Assembly (NCBI RefSeq): GCF_001598795.1
Contig: NZ_BCZP01000001.1
Coordinates: 180,001-212,000 of the forward strand
Reading direction: 5' to 3'
Length of the DNA: 32,000 bases
From: Delftia acidovorans NBRC 14950
GTDB lineage: Bacteria; Pseudomonadota; Gammaproteobacteria; Burkholderiales; Burkholderiaceae_C
Of the stretch, positions 26,798-32,000 are shown piece after piece (position 1 is the first letter of the stretch; each line of letters starts with the position of its first letter). The notes under the pieces are model-generated. The model saw only the letters and a list, made by a program, of their open reading frames with translations, did not search any database and was not told the origin of the DNA. The position numbers were made by a program, and so were the translations under genes.

Positions 26798-27130
26798 TCA
26801 TGGACGCTCCAGCAGCGCATCGATGCGCCGGGCGCACTCGATGTCGGTGGACGAGATGCCGTTCACGTCATGCGTGTTCAGGCGCACACCGCAACGGCCG
26901 TAGCTCACGGTCAGATCGGGGTGGTGGTCCTGCTGGTGGGCGATCAGGGCCAGCGCGTTCACGAAGGCCATGGTCTCGTAGTAATTGGCAAAGGCGTAGC
27001 TCTTGGCGATGGCATCGCCATCGAGCTGCCAGCCCGGCAGGGCCGCCAGTGCGGTGCGCAATTCGTCCGGCGTCAGCGCGCGGCGCTGCTGCGTGGACCA
27101 GTCCTGTTGTTGCAAGCGTTGTGTGCTCAT
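26798..27130 (-). CDS. phhB: 4a-hydroxytetrahydrobiopterin (pterin-4a-carbinolamine) dehydratase family protein
   Basis: LPGWQLDGDAIAKSYAFANYYETMAFVNALALIAHQQDHHPDLTVSYGRCGVRLNTHDVNGISSTDIECARRID carries the HHP core and downstream Y/H/D positions of the PCD signature. Internal start within track ORF 26798..27364. Confidence 0.88.
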   Translation of the reverse strand: MSTQRLQQQDWSTQQRRALTPDELRTALAALPGWQLDGDAIAKSYAFANYYETMAFVNALALIAHQQDHHPDLTVSYGRCGVRLNTHDVNGISSTDIECARRIDALLERP

Positions 27131-27146
27131 GGTGGATGTGAAAGGG

Positions 27147-28448
27147 TCAGGTCGGAGAAGGCATGCGCGCCAGCCGGGCGAGGGCGGGCGGATGCGAGTA
27201 GTAAAAGCCCACGTACCAGGGATCGGGCGTGAGCGTTGAAGCATTGTCCTCGTACAGCTTGAGCAGTGCCGAGGCCAGATGGGCGCCGCTGGCCTGTTGC
27301 ATGGCATAGGCATCGGCTTCGAACTCGTCGCGGCGCGACAGGGCCGAGAATAGCGGGGTGACAAAGAAGCTGAACACCGGCACGGCCAGCAGGAACAGCA
27401 GCAGTGCCACGGCCTCGTTGCCGGCGCCTATCCCGCCATGGCCCAGCGCAAGGTCAAGACCCGGGCGGACGCCCAGGCCCAGGTAGAACCACAGCTGCTG
27501 CGACAGCCAGCCCAGCAGTGCGAAGCCGGCCAGGCTGGCGGCGAACATCAGCAGCATGCGCTTGAGGATGTGGCGGTGCTTGAAGTGGCCCAGTTCGTGC
27601 GCGAGCACGGCCTCCACCTCGTCGGCGTCGAGCTGCTTGAGCAAGGTGTCGAAGAACACCACGCGCTTGGAATGGCCGAAGCCCGTGAAATAGGCGTTGG
27701 CATGGGCCGAGCGGCGGCTGCCATCCATCACGAACAGGCCTTTGGCCGTGAAGCCGCAGCGCTGCATCAGCGCGCTCACGCGCTCCTTGAGCGTGCCTTC
27801 AGCCAGCGGTTCGAACTTGTTGAACAGCGGTGCGATGAAGGTCGGAAAGATCCACATCAGCAGCAGGTTGAACGCCGTCCACACGGCCCAGGCCCACAGC
27901 CACCACAGGTCGCCGGCCGAGCCCATGAGCCACAGGATCAGCGCCGCCAGGGGAAGGCCAATGGCCGTGCCCATGGCGGTAGACTTGATGGCATCGGTCA
28001 GCCACAGCCGCAGCGTCATCTGGTTGAATCCAAAGCGCTGCTCCAGCACAAAGGTCTGGTAGAGCGACAGCGGCAGCTCCACCAGCCCGGAGATCAGTGC
28101 AAAGCCGGCCAGCAGTGCCAGTTGCTGCCACAGGCCGGCGCCCATCAGTTCCAGCAGCCACTGGTTGAGCGCGTCGAGCCCGCCCAGCAGCGTCCATGCG
28201 AGAAGCACCACGGCGCCCAGCGTCATCTCGATCAGGGCGATGCGGGCCTTGGCCAGCGTGTAGTCGGCGGCCTTTTGATGGGCCGCGAGGCTGATGCGTT
28301 GCGCAAAGGCCTCAGGCACCTCGGCCCGATGGCGGGCCACATGGCGGACCTGGCGCGAGGCCAGCCAGGCGCGCAGCAGCCACTGGGCGAGCACGGCTGC
28401 GGCAAACAGCAGGGACAGCGTCGAGGAAAAATCGGGGTTGAAGGCCAT
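27147..28448 (-). CDS. M48-family zinc metallopeptidase (Ste24/HtpX-like, N-terminal CAAX-protease-type membrane domain)
   Basis: HExxH motif HELGHFKH, downstream EFEADAYA, and multiple TM helices. 433 aa from MAFNPDFSS (ATG complement 28446-28448). The rest of track ORF 27147..29180 lies antisense to orn and is rejected. Confidence 0.88.
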   Translation of the reverse strand: MAFNPDFSSTLSLLFAAAVLAQWLLRAWLASRQVRHVARHRAEVPEAFAQRISLAAHQKAADYTLAKARIALIEMTLGAVVLLAWTLLGGLDALNQWLLELMGAGLWQQLALLAGFALISGLVELPLSLYQTFVLEQRFGFNQMTLRLWLTDAIKSTAMGTAIGLPLAALILWLMGSAGDLWWLWAWAVWTAFNLLLMWIFPTFIAPLFNKFEPLAEGTLKERVSALMQRCGFTAKGLFVMDGSRRSAHANAYFTGFGHSKRVVFFDTLLKQLDADEVEAVLAHELGHFKHRHILKRMLLMFAASLAGFALLGWLSQQLWFYLGLGVRPGLDLALGHGGIGAGNEAVALLLFLLAVPVFSFFVTPLFSALSRRDEFEADAYAMQQASGAHLASALLKLYEDNASTLTPDPWYVGFYYSHPPALARLARMPSPT

Positions 28449-28478
28449 GTGGCCGCAGTGTAGGCGACAATTTGGGCC

Positions 28479-29093
28479 ATGTCCGAAGCCTCCGAAGCCG
28501 CCAGCGCTTGCATTCCCGTCCCCGCCGAACCCGGCACGCCCATCACCCTGGCCAAATCCGATCTCAACCTCGTCTGGCTCGACTGCGAGATGACCGGGCT
28601 GCAGCCCGATACCGATCGCATCATCGAGATCGCCGTGGTCGTCACCAGTCCGGACCTGGCCATTCGCATCGAAGGGCCGGTATTTGCCATCCATCAGGCA
28701 GATGCGCTGCTCGATGGCATGGATGCCTGGAACAAGGGCACGCATGGCAGGAGCGGCCTGATCGATCGCGTCAAGGCATCGACCATCAGCGAGGCCGATG
28801 CGGAGGCTGCGCTGATCAAGTTCCTCTCGCAGTACGTTCCCAAGGCCAAGGCCCCGCTGTGCGGCAACAGCATCGGGCAGGACAGGCGCTTCATGGAGCG
28901 CTACATGCCCAAGCTCAACAACTTCTTCCACTACCGCAATGTCGATGTCAGCACCCTCAAGGAACTGGCCAGGCGCTGGAAGCCCGACGCCTATGCATCC
29001 TTCAAGAAGGCCCAGCGCCACACCGCACTGGCCGATGTGCATGAGTCCATCGATGAACTGGCGCACTACCGCGCGCGCCTGCTGAGTGTCTGA
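28479..29093 (+). CDS. orn: Oligoribonuclease
   Basis: DEDDh exonuclease motifs: [21 protein letters not shown] and [14 protein letters not shown]. Collinear with E. coli Orn after an N-terminal extension of about 20 aa. Confidence 0.95.
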   Translation: MSEASEAASACIPVPAEPGTPITLAKSDLNLVWLDCEMTGLQPDTDRIIEIAVVVTSPDLAIRIEGPVFAIHQADALLDGMDAWNKGTHGRSGLIDRVKASTISEADAEAALIKFLSQYVPKAKAPLCGNSIGQDRRFMERYMPKLNNFFHYRNVDVSTLKELARRWKPDAYASFKKAQRHTALADVHESIDELAHYRARLLSV

Positions 29094-29096
29094 ATC

Positions 29097-29117
29097 TGGC
29101 GGCCCCGGCCATTTTTT
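29097..29117 (+). terminator. Weak terminator-like element after orn
   Basis: Short stem TGGC (29097-29100) / GCCA (29108-29111), then T6 (29112-29117). The stem is only 4 bp, so confidence is low. Confidence 0.3.
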
Positions 29118-29128
29118 GTGCCAGGGGC

Positions 29129-29157
29129 TTGCGGGAAAACCCGGGGAGTGCGACAAT
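29129..29157 (+). promoter_or_regulatory. Candidate promoter of the DEAD-box helicase gene: TTGCGG, 17-nt spacer, GACAAT
   Basis: TTGCGG 29129-29134 and GACAAT 29152-29157. This would give a 5' UTR of about 255 nt. Confidence 0.3.
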
Positions 29158-29164
29158 CTACAGC

Positions 29165-29404
29165 TTGCCCCCATCAACAAGGGGCAATTTGCACATCTCC
29201 ATCACACAAGGGCCCCTGCGCTGTGTGTCTGCGGTCGGTGTCCATAGACCACCATGAAGGCTTTCATGGATGGCGGGACCACCGGTTTCGGACCAGCCGA
29301 AAATGCCCATCCGCCCTTTTGCGAAGGGCCGGTTAAGTCTGACGGTGGATGTTGACCCAACCGTCGAGAAAAGCGTGCCAGATCGCTGACTGCGCGTGCT
29401 TTTC
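29165..29404 (+). promoter_or_regulatory. Highly structured 5' leader of the DEAD-box helicase gene (at least six perfect 6-7 bp stem-loops)
   Basis: TTGCCCC/GGGGCAA (29165-29187). CCATGAA/TTCATGG (29252-29269). TTTCGG/CCGAAA (29286-29302). GCCCTT/AAGGGC (29313-29329). GACGGT/ACCGTC (29341-29365). GAAAAGC/GCTTTTC (29368-29404). Confidence 0.4.
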
Positions 29405-29417
29405 GTTAGAGCCATTC

Positions 29418-31472
29418 ATGAACGATATCTCTCAAGAGCAGGGCATCATTGCCGCTGCCGATTCCTCTTTTGCTTCCTCCGCTGAAGCATCTTCCGTGCT
29501 GAACGCCGCCGTTGCCAGCGCCGAGCAGGCCGCCGAATCCCTGGCCGCCGCCGAAGTCGTGGAAATCGCCGAAGGCGCCGAGGCTGTTGAAGCAGCCCCC
29601 GAACTGCCCAATGCCTTCATCGAGCTGGGCCTGGCTGAAGAGCTGGTCCGTGCCGTTGCCGATCTGGGCTACACCCAGCCCACGGCCGTGCAGGCGCAAG
29701 CCATTCCCCTGGCCATGGGCAGCGATGACCAGGCCTTCATCGACCTGATGGTGTCCAGCCAGACCGGCTCGGGCAAGACCGCTGCCTTCCTGCTGCCCGT
29801 GCTGCACACGCTGATCCAGCAAAAGGCTGACGAAGAAGCCGCCATCCGCGCCGAATATGACCGCCAGTGCGCCGAAGCAACGGCCAGCGGCCAGCCCACG
29901 CCCAAGCGCAACAAGCGCAAGGACCCCACGAATCCCCGCAACTTCAAGGCAGCCGTTCCCGGCGCCCTGATCCTGTGCCCCACGCGCGAACTGGCACAGC
30001 AGGTGGCGCATGACGCCATCGAGCTGGTCAAGCATTGCCGCGGCATCCGCATCGCCAACGTGGTGGGCGGCATGCCCTACCAACTGCAGATCGCCAAGCT
30101 GCAGAACGCCAACCTCGTGGTGGCCACTCCCGGCCGTCTGCTGGACCTGCAGCGCTCGATGCAGATCAAGCTCGACCAGGTTCAGTTCCTGGTGGTGGAC
30201 GAAGCCGACCGCATGCTGGACCTGGGCTTCTCGGACGATCTGGCCGAAGTCAACGACCTGACGGCACAGCGCAAGCAGACCATGATGTTCAGCGCCACCT
30301 TCGCGCCCCGCATCCAGCAACTGGCCATGCGCGTGATGCATGACGGCGGCTCCGGCGTGAAGAAGGTCACCATCGACACGCCTCAGGAAAAGCACGCCAG
30401 CATCAAGCAAGTGCTGTTCTGGGCCGACAACTCCCAGCACAAGCGCAAGCTGCTGGACCACTGGCTGCGCGACACCACGATCAACCAGGCCATCGTTTTC
30501 GCATCGACCCAGGTCGAGTGCGACGGCCTGGCCAATGACCTGCAGCAAGACGGCTTCTCCGCCGTGGCACTGCACGGCGCTCTGAGCCAGGGCCTGCGCA
30601 ACCGCCGCCTGATGGCGCTGCGCAGCGGTCAGGTGCAGGTACTGGTGGCTACCGATGTGGCGGCACGCGGCATTGACGTGCCCTCCATCACCCACGTCTT
30701 CAACTACGGCCTGCCCATGAAGGCAGAGGACTACACCCACCGTATCGGCCGCACGGGCCGTGCCGGTCGCGACGGTGTGGCCGTCACGTTCGCGGAATTC
30801 CGTGACCGTCGTCGCATTTTCGATATCGAGGCCTACAGCCGCCAGCAATTCAAGGCCGAAGTGATTCCTGGCCTGGAACCTGCACAGCGCGCACCCAGCA
30901 GCAACGAAGGCCGTGGTGGCCGTCGTGGCGGCGGTGGTTTTGAAAGCCGTGGCGGCGATCGCCGTGGTGCCGGCGGCGGTGGCCGTGGCGGTTTCGGTGG
31001 TGATCGTGGCTTTGGCGGCGATCGCGAGCGCAGCTTCGGTGATCGCGGTGGCGATCGTGGCTTCGGCGCACGCCGTGATTCCGAAGGCTATGGCCGCAAG
31101 GCTGGCTTCGGTGGCTTTGGCGGTGGCCAGCGCGAAGGCGGCTTCGGCCAGGGCCAAGGTCAGCGCGAAGGCGGCTACAGCCAGGCTCCGCGTGAAGGCG
31201 GCTACAGCCAGGCCCCGCGCGAAGGCGGCTTTGGCCGTGGCGGTGAAGGCCGTGGCTTCAGCGGCGACCGTGGTGCTCCGCGTGGCGGCGATCGCCGTGA
31301 CGGCGCTCCCCGCGAAGGCGGCTTCCGTGGTGCATCCGGCGAGTCGCGCGGCTTTGGCGGTGGCGAATCCCGTGGCGGCTTCGGCGGCGGCGAGCGCCGT
31401 CCTGCCTTCGGCAAGAGCGCTCCCAAGCCTTACTCGCCCCAGGGCGGTGATCGCAAGCGCGTCGTGCGCTGA
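29418..31472 (+). CDS. DEAD-box ATP-dependent RNA helicase (RhlE-like core) with an acidic Ala-rich N-terminal extension and a long RGG/FG-rich C-terminal tail
   Basis: Q motif GYTQPTAVQAQAIP, motif I SQTGSGKTAAF, Ia PTRELAQQ, II VVDEADRMLD, III SAT, VI HRIGRTGRAG. The tail of about 190 aa is made of GGF/RGG/REGG repeats. Internal start (MNDISQEQ) within track ORF 29349..31472. Confidence 0.93.
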   Translation: MNDISQEQGIIAAADSSFASSAEASSVLNAAVASAEQAAESLAAAEVVEIAEGAEAVEAAPELPNAFIELGLAEELVRAVADLGYTQPTAVQAQAIPLAMGSDDQAFIDLMVSSQTGSGKTAAFLLPVLHTLIQQKADEEAAIRAEYDRQCAEATASGQPTPKRNKRKDPTNPRNFKAAVPGALILCPTRELAQQVAHDAIELVKHCRGIRIANVVGGMPYQLQIAKLQNANLVVATPGRLLDLQRSMQIKLDQVQFLVVDEADRMLDLGFSDDLAEVNDLTAQRKQTMMFSATFAPRIQQLAMRVMHDGGSGVKKVTIDTPQEKHASIKQVLFWADNSQHKRKLLDHWLRDTTINQAIVFASTQVECDGLANDLQQDGFSAVALHGALSQGLRNRRLMALRSGQVQVLVATDVAARGIDVPSITHVFNYGLPMKAEDYTHRIGRTGRAGRDGVAVTFAEFRDRRRIFDIEAYSRQQFKAEVIPGLEPAQRAPSSNEGRGGRRGGGGFESRGGDRRGAGGGGRGGFGGDRGFGGDRERSFGDRGGDRGFGARRDSEGYGRKAGFGGFGGGQREGGFGQGQGQREGGYSQAPREGGYSQAPREGGFGRGGEGRGFSGDRGAPRGGDRRDGAPREGGFRGASGESRGFGGGESRGGFGGGERRPAFGKSAPKPYSPQGGDRKRVVR
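31131..31244 (+). repeat. In-frame tandem DNA repeats encoding REGG(Y/F) units inside the helicase tail
   Basis: CG(C/T)GAAGGCGGCT recurs at 31131, 31164, 31191, 31218 and again at 31311. Units 31164-31190 and 31191-31217 are near-identical 27-mers (REGGYSQAP, 2 copies). Confidence 0.85.
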
Positions 31473-31494
31473 TCGATCTCGGCATTGCATGCAG

Positions 31495-31521
31495 ACCGGC
31501 CCTTCGGGGCCGGTTTTTTTT
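31495..31521 (+). terminator. Rho-independent terminator of the helicase gene
   Basis: ACCGGCCC-TTCG-GGGCCGGT followed by a T8 run. Confidence 0.9.
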
Positions 31522-31662
31522 CGGCCATCTGCGTCCTCGCGTGGTGCGGCCTGTCCTTGATGGTGCAGAACCTGCTGTCTGGCGGGCTCTGTGACTGCCA
31601 TAATCGCGGCGCGGAGGTGCCCTGTGGAGTCTTTGATCGCGTCCAGTGTGGATTTTGAACAC

Positions 31663-32000
31663 ATGTTCGAACTGGCCCCCGTCTCGCTATGGCTGGAGGA
31701 CTACAGCGCGCTCAAGCGGCTGCTCGACCAGTGGCGTGCACAGGGCGTGACCGATCTGCAGGCGCATTTCCTGGCCCACCCTCAGGCGCTGCAGCAGTGC
31801 AGCGCGGCGCTCAAGGTGGTGCGCGTCAACCAGCGCACGCTGGATCTGTTCGGCGCCAGTGATCAGCAGACCTTTCTTGCCAGCCTGGGCCAGGTGTTCC
31901 GCGATGACATGCACGCGGGTCTGGTCTGCGAGCTGGAGGATCTGTGGCAAGGCTCTCTGAGCTTTGCCAACCGCACCGCCAACTACACGCTGGACGGGCG
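31663..32000 (+). CDS. N-terminal part of a PAS-domain sensor protein (probably a signalling protein such as a GGDEF/EAL protein or histidine kinase); continues past the window end
   Basis: Hand translation from ATG 31663: MFELAPVSLWLEDYSALKRLLDQWRAQGVTDLQAHFLAHPQALQQCSAALKVVRVNQRTLDLFGASDQQTFLASLGQVFRDDMHAGLVCELEDLWQGSLSFANRTANYTLDG. The frame is open from 31561 to the window end. CATAAT lies at 31598-31603 upstream. Confidence 0.65.
   Translation, partial: MFELAPVSLWLEDYSALKRLLDQWRAQGVTDLQAHFLAHPQALQQCSAALKVVRVNQRTLDLFGASDQQTFLASLGQVFRDDMHAGLVCELEDLWQGSLSFANRTANYTLDG

Noticed and set aside
27147-29180. 677-aa ORF extending the M48 peptidase upstream across orn
   Set aside because: The extension is antisense to orn, which has clear DEDDh motifs, and is low-complexity. 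M48 homologues of this type are about 420-430 aa, and the membrane domain starts right after MAFNPDFSS.
30880-31440. Periodic DNA repeats in the 3' third of the helicase gene as a possible CRISPR-like or satellite array
   Set aside because: The repeats are in frame, are of unequal length and encode the RGG/REGG low-complexity tail of a continuous ORF. There is no repeat-spacer architecture.

Overview
This is a high-GC window (roughly two-thirds G+C by eye) with the gene content and synteny of a betaproteobacterial chromosome. The protein sequences look Comamonadaceae-like, but that is inference only. Coding density is about 90% and almost all of it is core housekeeping. In order: a MocR-type regulator; rpmB-rpmG; trxB; ftsK-lolA; an MCP and brnQ; rarA; an HxlR / SDR / DsbA-like isomerase / GFA cluster; livHMGF; a DUF486 protein, a DUF47 protein and a Pit phosphate transporter; a TM2 protein and a GNAT acetyltransferase; rpsP-rimM-trmD-rplS; nudL and a CobD-like protein; an rsgA / PCD / M48 peptidase operon divergent from orn; a large DEAD-box helicase; and the start of a PAS sensor gene. 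I found no tRNA or rRNA genes, CRISPR arrays, transposases, integrases, phage genes or recognisable defence genes. I cannot honestly claim a new multi-gene system. The many long alternate-frame and antisense ORFs in the track are the usual high-GC artefacts. What the gene list does not explain is mostly non-coding. (1) Two tandem terminator-like hairpins lie in front of trxB. (2) All three perfect TATAAT hexamers I noticed sit in the correct orientation in front of ribosomal-protein genes (rpmB, rpsP, rplS), each followed by a 100-155 nt structured leader; the rplS one overlaps the trmD stop codon. (3) A 22-nt tandem A-rich repeat lies in the 3' UTR of the MocR gene. (4) Two islands of about 40% G+C are dense in palindromes, one upstream of brnQ/rarA and one upstream of the DUF486/pit genes. 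(5) A structured leader of about 250 nt precedes the DEAD-box helicase, which also carries a tail of about 190 aa rich in RGG/REGG repeats. (6) Several genes have a -10-like hexamer abutting the start codon and no Shine-Dalgarno, which suggests leaderless mRNAs. At protein level, the SDR has FxxxK where the catalytic YxxxK is expected. MCP-brnQ interrupts the otherwise conserved trxB-ftsK-lolA-rarA order. All coordinates and motifs were read by hand from the sequence; no searches were run.
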